Assembly: GCA_947427205.1 (NCBI GenBank)
Contig: CANEHB010000006.1
Location: 7,377-71,376, forward strand
Direction of reading: 5' to 3'
Length of the DNA stretch: 64,000 nt
Source: an uncultured Clostridium sp.
Lineage (GTDB): Bacteria; Bacillota; Clostridia; TANB77; CAG-508
Of the stretch, positions 21,704-32,637 are shown piece after piece. The notes under the pieces are model-generated. The model saw nothing but the letters and a program-made list of their open reading frames with translations. It had not been told where the DNA came from and searched no databases. Within the stretch, counting starts at the first letter, position 1, and the number at the start of each line of letters is the position of its first letter. The translations under genes were made by a program, and so were the position numbers.

Positions 21704-24700
21704 TTACTTATATATTTTCTTTGTTTTTATTTTTTTTGCTGTACTATTTTTATATTTCTTATCAAATGATATACCAAGCCTCTCTCGATTTTTGAATGCT
21801 ACTATTGCAACTATTATTGCTATAATTGAACCATATATAGCTACTATTCTTCCACTTGTTGAAACTGTAATAAGTACTTCTTGAGTTGAAACATTATTAT
21901 CTCCTATATCTTTTATACCTGCCTTATTTTGTGTTTCTTGAAGAATAACTTTGTTGCTTGAAAATCCTGTATTATCTTCATTAACCTCTTTTGTAGCAAC
22001 TAATTTTAACTCTGCTTTCTCACCAGGTTTTATTACAACATCCTTTAATGTCTCATTATATATCTTTCCATCTTCTCCTAAATACCAACCGTCATTTTCT
22101 TTTTCATCAAATGACATATCTTTTGGTAATTCATCTACTATCTTTAAGGCATTTCCTTCTGCTAGTCCTATATTTTCAACTACTATCTTATATTCTAATT
22201 TAACTTTAGAACCTTTTAATTCTTTTGATCTGATTTCAATTTTTGATATACTTTCATCATTAAAGTTATACTCTTTCTCTCCTTTTACTGTTGTAACAAG
22301 AGCTTTACTCAAATATTTATCAACTTTTAAATCAAAAGTATCTTTTAATCTTAATCCTATATCAATATTTGTTATATTGTTATCTGTTATAGTTATATTA
22401 TCTGTTACAGCATTTCCGTCAGATGTTTCTAGTGCATCTGAATCAAATTCTTCAGTAGCATCTTGTTTCTTATATGTTGTAACTACATATTTATCAGTAT
22501 CATATAAGAATTTAATATTATAATTTCCTGCTGCTAAATCTTTAAATTCATATTTACCATTTCCATCTGTTGTAGTAGCTTTTATCATAGATCCATCTTT
22601 TTGTAATTGAACTTTTACTGTTGCTAATCTTTCTTCATTATCATCTCTTTTACCATCTTGATTTGAATCTAGCCATGCTTCTCCTGATATACTATAAATC
22701 TTGTTATTACTTTCATTATCATTTTTTTCATTATCTTTATCGTTTTTAACACTATTATCTTCATTCTTATTTGAATTATTATTTGTGTTGTTGTTTGTGT
22801 TGTTATCTATATTATTAGTTTGATTATTATTTAAGTCATTGTTTACATCATTTCCTTGATTGTTATTTGAGTTATTATTGTTGTTATTTTGATTGTTATT
22901 ATCACTGTTTGAGTTATCATTATTACTATTATCACCATTAATAACATTATCAAATTTTTCATCTTCTTTTGGTTTTTCTTCTTGTTTATCTGGATTTTCT
23001 TTTAATGTGATACTTGCTATTCCTGTATCAATAGTGTCAATATAGTCACCTGTTATAATTGCTTGATTTGTTATTTTATCTTCTTTTATTCCATCTTTTA
23101 GATTTTCTGCTATTCCTGAAATTGTTATAACTATTTTGCCATTAACTGGAATAGTAGCTATAGGTCCTTCTATATTATTTTCACTATTTAACTTAATTAC
23201 ACCACTAGAAGATCCTGTATATTTTGCTTCAATATCTTTTAAGTATTCTGATACTCTATCTTCTATTCTTAGTCCTGTTGCAGGTCCATTACCTTTATTT
23301 ATAATTTGTATTATAAACTCTGCATGTTCTCCTTCTTTTATGCTATTTACATTAGAATCTTGTATTACTTCTAATACAGGTCCTAAAATAGTTATTGGAC
23401 ATTCTGTTGTTCTTTCTTCTATTCCATCCTCCATAGCAAAGTTTGCATAACAAGAAGGTTCATTAGTTGCTCCTCTAACAATATTAGTAGCTACTTTTAA
23501 TTGTACACTTCCTTCAATTGATAGATGAGATATTACAAAGCTGATTTCTCTATTTTCTTGATTATATTGTAATGTATTTTCATCATAAAAACTTCCATTA
23601 ATTGTTAATACATTTGAGTTTTTAAATTCAACTTCTTTTGGTAATTTAAATGAAACTTTTATATTGTTTAATTCTCTTTCTGATATATTATAAGCAAATA
23701 TATTATAATCCATTTCTGAACCAATAGTATTTTTACCACTTGTATCGTAATTAAAAGTATTTATTTCTAAATCCAAATTAGTTTCTACTATTTTATTAGT
23801 TACATGATTACTTTTTGTTTCAATACCTAAATTTTCTGCACGTACTATCGCTTCAGCTTCTACTAATACATCATTTCCTTTTTTATATTCTTCATATGTC
23901 TTTATTTTTGATGTTTTTACTAAATATTCAAATTCCTTTATCTCTCCTGATGCTAAAGTTTCTAAATTCCAGATTTTACTATTCTGATCTTGTGCTACAA
24001 CATAGTTATTATTTCCTACTCCTGTTGTTTCTTCTTCAAATTCATATAATACTGTATTAGTTGGTTTTTTAGCTTCTATATTAATATTTTTTGCATCTAC
24101 ACTTCCTGTATTTTCTACTTTTAAAGTATATTTTAAAAATCTTGCTTCTCCTATATCAGCACCATCACCAATGTCAACACTTAATTTTGCTTCAATTTTT
24201 GGTCCAGCTTCTGTTACTAACGCAACTTTATCAGCACTTGAGCTTTCATATACTACAGCTCCATTTGTATTATTGTTATAGAATGCTCCAAAACCTCCAG
24301 CTATACTTGCATCATATGGTAAATTTTCTGGTATTTCAAAGTCATATGTATATCTCAATACTTGTCCTGCTGATACTTTTCCTTTTACTACTATCAAATA
24401 AGATTTTACTGTTTCTATATCTTCAATATTAGTTGTCCATCCATTTGATACATCATCCAAGTTTTTATTTGCATTTTCATTAGCTGAGTAATAAATTGTT
24501 GTCATATTTGCATTTTGTATATCTTCTTTTATTAAATCTTTCATTACTGCATTTGTTGTTGTTCCTAAATCTTCATTTGTTATAACATCTTTATTTCCTT
24601 TAAATGGAATTCTTCCTAACAACACTATATCTGAACAACTATTACCTGTATTGTTTAATGCTAATAATTCCATTGTAGCTATTCTTGATGCGCTATTTAT

Positions 24701-27361
24701 TACTATTTGCTTTGTTACTGTTCCTTGTTTTACAGATCTTACTGTACTTAAATTCCCATCATAATTTACAATTCCATTTATTGCTACTAATCCCTTTGGT
24801 GCTTGATAATTAATTAATGCTACATCAAATCCATTTGTTGATTTTAATATTCCTACTGGTACTGCTTTTCTCAATGTCCATTTTGTTTGTGATTGATAAT
24901 TACTAACACCTTCATTGCAATAATATAATTTTATTTGATCTTCTTTTGATGGTGTATAATCATCTAATGTTATATTTGTATTTACAATTATATTTGTTCC
25001 ATTTGTTATTGAACTATCACTAAATGTTTTTTGCACTCCTTCAAGTTCAATTCTCATTTTAACAATATCATTCTCTGTATATGTTTCAAAATCACTTACT
25101 TTTAATCCATTTTCATATAGTAAATTTATATTCTCTACTGTTACATCTTTTACGTATTTTGGAAATACTAATTCAAAAATTGGATTTACATAAAGGTCAC
25201 TTGTCTCTTTATCATTATTTAATTCAATTTTTAATTCTACATTTTCATTTTGATTTATTGTTGATAATGTCTCTTTATTTATTGATAAATTTGCTGAAGT
25301 ATAGCTTTCTTCAAAATATTTTCTTGTTCCGATTTCTTGAAGTGCTAATTTTTCATCTATCTCTAAATATTTTACTTCTGCAGTTATTCTACTTTCAATT
25401 TGTGTAATTCCTTTAAATGTTACTTTATCTAAATTACATTTCTTAATTACTTTTGTAAGTTCAAAGTTTATTGTTCCATTTTTAGCTATATTGTTAGCAT
25501 ATACAATTATTCCATTTGCTCCATTTAAATTGATAGTACAATCATTTTCATTTGTTATTAATGAAGCATTTAAAGTATATAATAATTCTCCATCAGCATT
25601 TGTAATTACTATCTCTCCACCTTCTGCTAATATTGAACTTATTTCAGCATAACTAAATTTTATTTTCTTATATTCAATACCTTGTGCCTCTAATTCTGAT
25701 CCATTCACATCTTTATAAAACTCTTTTGTACTATCTATTTTTAATTGTTCTAAAATATCACTTGTTAATATGTTTACATTAACTTGTGTTGTATATTCTG
25801 TTTCATACATTGGTTCTTCTGAATTATAATTTGCATAAATTTTTGCTTTGTTTATCTTTTCTTCAGTTGAACTTGTACTATATGTAATTAATTCTCCTAT
25901 GTCAACTTTTACATCTTGTTTATCATTTATTTCTTTTATTAATATGTTATTTTCTTTTGCACTATATTCTTCTACTCTTGCTTTGACGACTTTATCTAAG
26001 TGTGAGTTTTCTGAATTTATATAATCTTCATATCTATAAATAATTACATATTCATCTATTCCATTTGCATTAACATTTAAGTCATTATTTACTACAATAG
26101 AAAGATTTTCAGATTGTGCATCATATTTCCAATTTTCTTTAGAAAATGTCGTATAACCTGTATCTTCTCCTCTTGTTGCTAGCAACTTATCTGCTACAAC
26201 ATCTATATTAATGGGAGCTTTTCCGTTTACTTTTGGTACTGTAATATCTAATCTTGTTTGTTTAATAGGCAAAAATTTCTCATCATTTATTTCTCTTTTT
26301 AATGAGATTTTATTTTCTACTATTGTTCCTTTTATTTCTCCAATTTCAAATGGTGAAAATTTTGTATATTCACTCTCTAATTCTATAGCTTTAGAATATT
26401 TCCAACCTACAGCAATTTTTTCTTCTTTTCCAATTGATATTTCTTCTAAATCACTGTTTATATATGTTCCACTTAATTGAAGTTTTATATTTTTATATAA
26501 ATCTTCTAATTTTAAATTATCTCCTTGAACATATTCTAAATCAACTACTATCTTAGTATCTTGAATTATATTGCTTAATTTAATTTCATTATCATCTACA
26601 ACATTAATATCTAATCTTGCATTTGCAATTTCTTCTTGCAATTTATTTGCTTTTTCAGTTTTCTCTTCAATTACTAAATCTTCATTTACTAAGATATCTT
26701 CTTCGTTAATATCATCTTCATTTTCCGTATCTTCTGACTCTAATTCTTCTACTACTGTATTTTCTACTTCATCAGCATCTACAGTATTATTATCTCTAAC
26801 AGCATTTGAAGCCACAACATCACTATCAGTTGTATCACTATCTACAACTGTATTAGTATCTGCTGCAGCTGAACTTGAGTCTTCATCCATTTTTACATTT
26901 GCTGATATTAAATCTTTAGCTGTTTGAAGTTCATCTTCTCCTTCTTTATCTATTTCTTGTGATACTCCCACATTTTCTAAATTCGTTTTTGTGGTTGTAT
27001 CTAAATTCTCTAAAAGATTTTCGCTAATACCTGATATTTTAAAGTTTATTTCATCATCATCACCACTAACTGCTTTTATTGTACCACTTTTTAAATACCC
27101 CTCTACTTGTGGCATAATTTCTAATATAAATTTTAGCTTTTGATTAACATTTCCAGTAAGTTCATCTATCTTTTTACCATTTTCATCTTCAAAATAGGCA
27201 TTAAATTTAATTTCGTCTTTTTTGAAGAAACCATTACTAATTACTTGGAATTCCTCGCTTGTAGCAATGGCAGATAATGTATAACCAAAATTTGAAAACA
27301 TCATCATGAAAACGATTAAAATTACTAAAAACTTACTCTTTTTAGATCTAATTACTCCCAT
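21704..27361 (-). CDS. Large secreted surface protein with DUF11-like and SdrD B-like domains, an Asn-rich linker and a C-terminal TM anchor
   Basis: 1885-aa ORF; shares FxAYF, ELxIELNN and LGRIPFKG blocks with 8088..13361; SGEAWLDSNQDG. Confidence 0.8.
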   Translation of the reverse strand: MGVIRSKKSKFLVILIVFMMMFSNFGYTLSAIATSEEFQVISNGFFKKDEIKFNAYFEDENGKKIDELTGNVNQKLKFILEIMPQVEGYLKSGTIKAVSGDDDEINFKISGISENLLENLDTTTKTNLENVGVSQEIDKEGEDELQTAKDLISANVKMDEDSSSAAADTNTVVDSDTTDSDVVASNAVRDNNTVDADEVENTVVEELESEDTENEDDINEEDILVNEDLVIEEKTEKANKLQEEIANARLDINVVDDNEIKLSNIIQDTKIVVDLEYVQGDNLKLEDLYKNIKLQLSGTYINSDLEEISIGKEEKIAVGWKYSKAIELESEYTKFSPFEIGEIKGTIVENKISLKREINDEKFLPIKQTRLDITVPKVNGKAPINIDVVADKLLATRGEDTGYTTFSKENWKYDAQSENLSIVVNNDLNVNANGIDEYVIIYRYEDYINSENSHLDKVVKARVEEYSAKENNILIKEINDKQDVKVDIGELITYSTSSTEEKINKAKIYANYNSEEPMYETEYTTQVNVNILTSDILEQLKIDSTKEFYKDVNGSELEAQGIEYKKIKFSYAEISSILAEGGEIVITNADGELLYTLNASLITNENDCTINLNGANGIIVYANNIAKNGTINFELTKVIKKCNLDKVTFKGITQIESRITAEVKYLEIDEKLALQEIGTRKYFEESYTSANLSINKETLSTINQNENVELKIELNNDKETSDLYVNPIFELVFPKYVKDVTVENINLLYENGLKVSDFETYTENDIVKMRIELEGVQKTFSDSSITNGTNIIVNTNITLDDYTPSKEDQIKLYYCNEGVSNYQSQTKWTLRKAVPVGILKSTNGFDVALINYQAPKGLVAINGIVNYDGNLSTVRSVKQGTVTKQIVINSASRIATMELLALNNTGNSCSDIVLLGRIPFKGNKDVITNEDLGTTTNAVMKDLIKEDIQNANMTTIYYSANENANKNLDDVSNGWTTNIEDIETVKSYLIVVKGKVSAGQVLRYTYDFEIPENLPYDASIAGGFGAFYNNNTNGAVVYESSSADKVALVTEAGPKIEAKLSVDIGDGADIGEARFLKYTLKVENTGSVDAKNINIEAKKPTNTVLYEFEEETTGVGNNNYVVAQDQNSKIWNLETLASGEIKEFEYLVKTSKIKTYEEYKKGNDVLVEAEAIVRAENLGIETKSNHVTNKIVETNLDLEINTFNYDTSGKNTIGSEMDYNIFAYNISERELNNIKVSFKLPKEVEFKNSNVLTINGSFYDENTLQYNQENREISFVISHLSIEGSVQLKVATNIVRGATNEPSCYANFAMEDGIEERTTECPITILGPVLEVIQDSNVNSIKEGEHAEFIIQIINKGNGPATGLRIEDRVSEYLKDIEAKYTGSSSGVIKLNSENNIEGPIATIPVNGKIVITISGIAENLKDGIKEDKITNQAIITGDYIDTIDTGIASITLKENPDKQEEKPKEDEKFDNVINGDNSNNDNSNSDNNNQNNNNNNSNNNQGNDVNNDLNNNQTNNIDNNTNNNTNNNSNKNEDNSVKNDKDNEKNDNESNNKIYSISGEAWLDSNQDGKRDDNEERLATVKVQLQKDGSMIKATTTDGNGKYEFKDLAAGNYNIKFLYDTDKYVVTTYKKQDATEEFDSDALETSDGNAVTDNITITDNNITNIDIGLRLKDTFDLKVDKYLSKALVTTVKGEKEYNFNDESISKIEIRSKELKGSKVKLEYKIVVENIGLAEGNALKIVDELPKDMSFDEKENDGWYLGEDGKIYNETLKDVVIKPGEKAELKLVATKEVNEDNTGFSSNKVILQETQNKAGIKDIGDNNVSTQEVLITVSTSGRIVAIYGSIIAIIVAIVAFKNRERLGISFDKKYKNSTAKKIKTKKIYK
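22700..22950 (-). repeat. Asn/Asp-rich low-complexity linker (AAT/AAC runs) within the surface protein
   Basis: Translates as NGDNSNNDNSNSDNNNQNNNNNNSNNNQGND... Confidence 0.8.
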
Positions 27362-27718
27362 ACTAATCGCTCTCCTTTTCTTTTGAATTTTAGACGCAAG
27401 TACGTCTAATGATTTTTATATATAATAATATAATATTATTTAATATAAATTATGTAACCCTATATAATATATTTTACTACTTTTTTGAAGTTTTGTAAAT
27501 CCCACTATATTCAAGTTTTTCTATAGCAAGTTTCTTCTTTTTACGGAAATAATTGCCTTTTAATCTCTTTTCATTATGTTAAGTTTATATTACAAATTTT
27601 AAAATTTTAGAAAACTTTTTCACTTTTTGTTATTCTTTTGTGGAAATCCCTATGTTTTTATCAACTTTTACTTTTTCTTACATATAATGTATTAATGATT
27701 TTATAAGGAGGATTTATT

Positions 27719-27859
27719 TTGAATAATATGGATATAAACAAACTTCTTTCTGCTATTTCTAAAATGGATAAAGAAGAACTTGAAAAAAACATTTATAAAG
27801 CTCAACAAATATTAGAAAGTTCTAATTTTAAAAAAGATATTAATAAGGATAATAAATAA
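27719..27859 (+). CDS. Small hypothetical protein (46 aa, MNNMDINKLLSAISKMDKEELEKNIYKAQQIL...), not in the ORF track
   Basis: AAGGAGG SD just before TTG 27719; TAA at 27857-27859, 1 nt before the next ATG. Confidence 0.65.
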   Translation: MNNMDINKLLSAISKMDKEELEKNIYKAQQILESSNFKKDINKDNK

Positions 27860-27860
27860 T

Positions 27861-28316
27861 ATGAACGAAGATTTCTCAGAAGTTTTAAACCAATTCTCTA
27901 AAATCTTAAAAGAGAAAAATATTGATTTGAATAGTGTTGCAGGTGGGAACCCTCCACCTGCTCAAGATTCTAATAATGAATTAAATAATAATATGTCCTC
28001 TTCTGATCAAAATGCTAATACTTATACTCCTAGTAATGATAGCTCTGATTTTTCTTTAGATATCGAAACAATTATGAAAATTAAAGATATTATTGGTAAG
28101 ATGAATAAAAGTAGCCATTCTCCTAGAAATAATCTACTAAAGTCTCTAAAACCTTACCTTGAAAATGATAAACAAGAAAAATTGGAAAGCTATATTAAAA
28201 TTGCTAATTTACTAAGTGTTATGGAAGATTTAGATTTAGGAGTGACTTTTTTAAAAGATACTAAAAAAGGCTATGATTTTATATTAATCATAACCTTATT
28301 TCTGCTAATTTTTTAG
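27861..28316 (+). CDS. Hypothetical clostridial protein, possibly sporulation-associated
   Basis: 151-aa ORF with a PRxNLLxSLKPYL motif; coupled to the upstream small ORF. Confidence 0.65.
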   Translation: MNEDFSEVLNQFSKILKEKNIDLNSVAGGNPPPAQDSNNELNNNMSSSDQNANTYTPSNDSSDFSLDIETIMKIKDIIGKMNKSSHSPRNNLLKSLKPYLENDKQEKLESYIKIANLLSVMEDLDLGVTFLKDTKKGYDFILIITLFLLIF

Positions 28317-28363
28317 AATATCAATACTTACTTTATTAGTAATTTAAGTTATTACAATATTCT

Positions 28364-28966
28364 TTAAGATATTACTATCTCATTGTTTTCTATTTTGCAA
28401 ATTGGACATTTATCTATTTTTTCTCCAACTTCTCTAACTAAATTTGCTATTCTTATTTGTGTTACATCAATATAATTTGCTGATATTATTGCCATAGTAT
28501 TTCCATTTGCACCAGCATGCGCAACCCCTCTTAGAGCGCCCAATATCATTATATTTCCACCTGCAACTATTTCTGCTCCATAATTTACATCTCCACATAT
28601 TACTATGCTTCCTGCATATTCTTCTTTTTGTCCTGATCTTAATGAATTTTGAACAAATTTTGTTTCTGATATATCTATATCTGCTTCAAAAGTCTTTTTA
28701 ATTGCATGTAGCCCTAGTAAATCTGATACTTCATCAAATTTTATTTCTACATTTATTTCTTCACTTATTGTTCTCTTTATTCTTTCTTTTTCTGCAGTAT
28801 TAAAAAGTTTTCCTGTAATTCTCATTGGTATTGTAGAAGATTGATAAAAATCTCTAAGTTTTGGTAATTTTGCATCTAATTCTTCCAAAATTTCTCCCAT
28901 TTCTGCTACTACATTTATATTTAATATTATTTCATTTGTAGTTTGACTAATTTTAATATTTTGCAT
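28364..28966 (-). CDS. minC: Septum site-determining protein MinC
   Basis: SLRSGQ...GDVNYGAEIVAGGNIMILGALRGVAHAG beta-helix; position after mrdA. Confidence 0.9.
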   Translation of the reverse strand: MQNIKISQTTNEIILNINVVAEMGEILEELDAKLPKLRDFYQSSTIPMRITGKLFNTAEKERIKRTISEEINVEIKFDEVSDLLGLHAIKKTFEADIDISETKFVQNSLRSGQKEEYAGSIVICGDVNYGAEIVAGGNIMILGALRGVAHAGANGNTMAIISANYIDVTQIRIANLVREVGEKIDKCPICKIENNEIVIS

Positions 28967-28986
28967 AATGTCTCCTTTCTACTCCA

Positions 28987-31119
28987 CTACCTAAACATCT
29001 CCATCTCTGATGAAGCTGACATATCTTCTGTAACTTGCTTAACATTCATTCCAAAATATTCTATAACTACTTCTTTTACTACATCTGCTGCATAATAACC
29101 ATGAAAAGCATTTTCTATCATAACAACAACTGCTATTTCTGGGTTTTCATATGGTGCAAATCCAACAAACCATCCATGTGTTTTCTTTCCTGCTTCTGCC
29201 GAACCTGTTTTTCCTCCTACTGATATTGGGAAATTAACAAATGATGAATATGCCGTTCCACCTTCTCCTTCTGTAACTGATCTCATTCCTTCAAGTACTG
29301 CATGCATTGTTGTTTCACTTATTTGCAAGTCTTCTGAAGTATCTGGCTCTAAACCTAATTTTCTATTTATAAACTCATCTATTTCTGAACGAGAAACCTG
29401 AGTTCCATTTGAACCGTTAACACTTTTTATAATTGATACATCTAATTTATGACCACCATTTGCAAGCATTGCAATATATTTCGCTATTTGTAGTGGTGTA
29501 AAGTTATTAAATCCTTGACCTATAGATGCATATGCAGTTTGTGCAGCTGACCAAACTTGATTTTGTTCTTGTGCAACCTCTCTACTTGCTAAAACACCCT
29601 TATTTTCTCCTGTAATTTCTATTCCTGTTTTAGAACCCAGTCCAAAATATTTTCCATATTTTACTAAGTTATCTATTCCCATTTTTGTACTTACTGTAAA
29701 GAAGAAATAATTACAAGACTTCTGAATTGCTTGAGATACGTTTAAAGGTCCATGTCCTCTTCCATAATCATTGTAATACCAACAAGCAGGTGGCTTTGTA
29801 TTACCAGTTGTTATTCCATAAAATGGTCCATTATCATTAATTCTTTCAGTTGTATTTGTAGTTCCTGTTTCTAATGCTGCTATAGCTGTTATCATTTTAA
29901 AAGTAGAACCTGGAGGATACGCTCCTTGAAGAGCTTTACTTGATAAAGGATGATATGGATTATCTCTATATTCACTATATTTTTCATTAGAAATACCATT
30001 ATAAAAAAGTGCTGGCTCATAATCTGGGTTACTTGCCATAGCAAGAACTTCTCCTGTATTTACATCTATAACTACTGCAGCTCCACCTTCTGCTTCATGT
30101 GGTTCTCCATTAAATCCACCTTCTCTAATTTTTTGTATATTCGCAGCTAATGCTCTTTCTGTAACTCCTTGCAAATTTGCATCTATTGTAAGAACAATAT
30201 CTGCTCCACCTATAGCTTCTTTTGAAGTATATTCTCCTGTTACTGTTCCATCAACAGACATATCTATTTGTTTTTCACCATCTTCTCCTCTTAAATATTC
30301 TTCAAATGTCTTTTCTATACCTGTTTGACCTACTTTATCATTGACTTCATATTCATGTGTATCACCATTTTTTTCGAACTCTTCTAAGTTTCTTTGACTA
30401 ATTCTACTTACATATCCTAAAATATGTGAAGCTAGGCTTCCTTGATGATAAACTCTTGTTGGCTCTACAACTACATTTACACCTGTTAGGCTTTGTGAAT
30501 TTTCTTGAAGTTGCACTGCGCTTTCTCTTGATATATTATCTGAAATTTCTATTGATCTTGTAGTTGAATATCCTATTGTTGATATAGCATACCTAATTGC
30601 TAAAATTTGTCTAATTTCTTTTGGATTATCATTTTTTATATTATATTTATCTCTAAATAAATAAAATGCTTCTTCTGCTGACGCTGTTTCTGGTATTTTA
30701 TACTTTGCTTTCCATGCTACTAAATCTTCTTCTGAATTAAAATGATATTCAAATGGCTCTATACTAATTGGAAAATTATCTATATATGAATTGCCATTTC
30801 TTTCTAAAATAGTTGTCATTAGCAAAATAGAAGAATTAAGCTGATCATCATCAGTTTTAGATTTGTACATTTCTAATGAAAACTCCATTTCTGTACTTAC
30901 TAAAACATTTCCACTTCTATCCATTATGCTTCCTCTTGCTGCTTCTATTGTTGCTTCTCTTGTTAATTTAGTATTTGAAACTTCTCTATATTCTGAACCA
31001 TTTACAATTTGAAGATTAAATAGTTGTATAAGTATAATTATACCAACTAAATAAACAATTGTAGTTATTACATTATATCTAAAATTAGACTTCTCTAATT
31101 CACTTTTCAGTACACTCAC
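28987..31119 (-). CDS. mrdA: Penicillin-binding protein 2
   Basis: N-terminal TM; STFK, SCN and KTG motifs; follows mreCD. Confidence 0.92.
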   Translation of the reverse strand: MSVLKSELEKSNFRYNVITTIVYLVGIIILIQLFNLQIVNGSEYREVSNTKLTREATIEAARGSIMDRSGNVLVSTEMEFSLEMYKSKTDDDQLNSSILLMTTILERNGNSYIDNFPISIEPFEYHFNSEEDLVAWKAKYKIPETASAEEAFYLFRDKYNIKNDNPKEIRQILAIRYAISTIGYSTTRSIEISDNISRESAVQLQENSQSLTGVNVVVEPTRVYHQGSLASHILGYVSRISQRNLEEFEKNGDTHEYEVNDKVGQTGIEKTFEEYLRGEDGEKQIDMSVDGTVTGEYTSKEAIGGADIVLTIDANLQGVTERALAANIQKIREGGFNGEPHEAEGGAAVVIDVNTGEVLAMASNPDYEPALFYNGISNEKYSEYRDNPYHPLSSKALQGAYPPGSTFKMITAIAALETGTTNTTERINDNGPFYGITTGNTKPPACWYYNDYGRGHGPLNVSQAIQKSCNYFFFTVSTKMGIDNLVKYGKYFGLGSKTGIEITGENKGVLASREVAQEQNQVWSAAQTAYASIGQGFNNFTPLQIAKYIAMLANGGHKLDVSIIKSVNGSNGTQVSRSEIDEFINRKLGLEPDTSEDLQISETTMHAVLEGMRSVTEGEGGTAYSSFVNFPISVGGKTGSAEAGKKTHGWFVGFAPYENPEIAVVVMIENAFHGYYAADVVKEVVIEYFGMNVKQVTEDMSASSEMEMFR

Positions 31120-31203
31120 CTCTTTTGATAGTTTTATTCATACTTTATCAATTCTTAGTTAAATTTTAAATGCTTTAACATTTACTCTATAAATTGGTTT
31201 CTT

Positions 31204-31743
31204 TTAAAAATATCTTGTTAAAATATTATTTTTCTTAAATGCTCTATCTACTGCATATCCAAATTTTTGTATTAGAGGATATATAATTATTGTAAGTAAA
31301 ATATTGTATAATACCTCTACTGTTGCTATTTTAAAAAAGATTACATATTCTCTTTCAAATCCTAATATTATTGAACTTAAAAAATAAACCCCTAATTCAT
31401 ATATTAACGTAACTCCTGCTACCATAACTATTATTGTTAATTTATTTTCTTTTGAAAAATTTTTATCAAAATATGCTCCTAAATACCCTATTATGCAAAA
31501 CATAACTGCTGTTAATCCAACTACTTTTCCATATACTAAATCTAATATTAACCCACATATAACACCAAATGATATACCTACAACTTGGTTTGCAAACAAA
31601 CCGATAAATAGTATATAAATAACAAAAAGATTTGGTTTAACTCCTGCTATTGTAAAATAATTAAAAACGTCTACTTGCAAGAAATATATTAAAAAGAAAG
31701 TTACTATTAATCCTAATATTACACTAAATTTCTTCAATTTCAA
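31204..31743 (-). CDS. mreD: Rod shape-determining protein MreD
   Basis: Hydrophobic; GVKPNL motif; lies between mreC and mrdA. Confidence 0.88.
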   Translation of the reverse strand: MKLKKFSVILGLIVTFFLIYFLQVDVFNYFTIAGVKPNLFVIYILFIGLFANQVVGISFGVICGLILDLVYGKVVGLTAVMFCIIGYLGAYFDKNFSKENKLTIIVMVAGVTLIYELGVYFLSSIILGFEREYVIFFKIATVEVLYNILLTIIIYPLIQKFGYAVDRAFKKNNILTRYF

Positions 31744-31786
31744 AATCCTTTATTTTTTATTTAGGTTTCTTAAAGTAACCTATAAA

Positions 31787-32602
31787 CTACTCATTTATAA
31801 TAAGTACTGTATCTACTTTTGAAAAATCAACTGCTGGTGTTACTATTGCATATCTATCAGTAATATTGCTAGTTGTTATTATATCTTTAACAGTTCCTAT
31901 TATAATTCCTTTTGGATATATTCCTCCAACACCTGATGTATAAACACTATCTCCTTGTATAAGCTCAGCACCTGTTGGAATATATGATGCTCTCAATATT
32001 TGATCATTTTCTAGTGTTCCTTTACAAATTATACTTTCTTGTGTTGTGCTAATAGTACAGCTTACTGTACTTGCTGCATCTATAATAACTTGTACTTTAC
32101 AAGTTTTATCTGATACTGATATTACATGTCCAACTAATCCTTTATCAGCAATTACTGTCATTTTCTCTTTTATACCATCTTCTGTACCAACATTCAATAC
32201 TAATGTACTACTATAATTACTCACATCTCTGTTTATTACATATGCTGGTATTGTACTATATGAAGCATATTTTTGAGATAAATTCATATATTCTTGAAGA
32301 GTTGAATTCTCAGCTTTTATTATTTCTAATTCTCTTAATTCAGTTTCTAATTCACTATTTCTAGTTCTTAACTGCTCATTTTCTGCAATAATATTATCCA
32401 TATTCGAAAAATAAGCACTGTTTCCTTGAATTTTATTTTTTATATCTGATCCAATTCTTTGAATTGGATTTACAATCGCACTTGCTACTGTTTCTAAGTA
32501 TGATAATTTATTAATTTCAATATTTGAAAGAAAAATTAGTAGTATTAAAACTATGGCTGTAAAAATGCCTCCTAATAATTCAGTTTGCTTATTTCTATTC
32601 AT
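31787..32602 (-). CDS. mreC: Rod shape-determining protein MreC
   Basis: TM, coiled coil, GLVG and TSGVGGIYPKGIIIG motifs; SD before ATG 32602. Confidence 0.92.
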   Translation of the reverse strand: MNRNKQTELLGGIFTAIVLILLIFLSNIEINKLSYLETVASAIVNPIQRIGSDIKNKIQGNSAYFSNMDNIIAENEQLRTRNSELETELRELEIIKAENSTLQEYMNLSQKYASYSTIPAYVINRDVSNYSSTLVLNVGTEDGIKEKMTVIADKGLVGHVISVSDKTCKVQVIIDAASTVSCTISTTQESIICKGTLENDQILRASYIPTGAELIQGDSVYTSGVGGIYPKGIIIGTVKDIITTSNITDRYAIVTPAVDFSKVDTVLIINE

Positions 32603-32637
32603 TAAAATCTTCCTTTCTTTCAAAGTATTCATTAGTT

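Noticed and set aside
165-26927. Many short plus-strand ORFs opposite the giant genes
   Set aside because: Antisense shadows of biased codon usage; no SD or recognisable protein features
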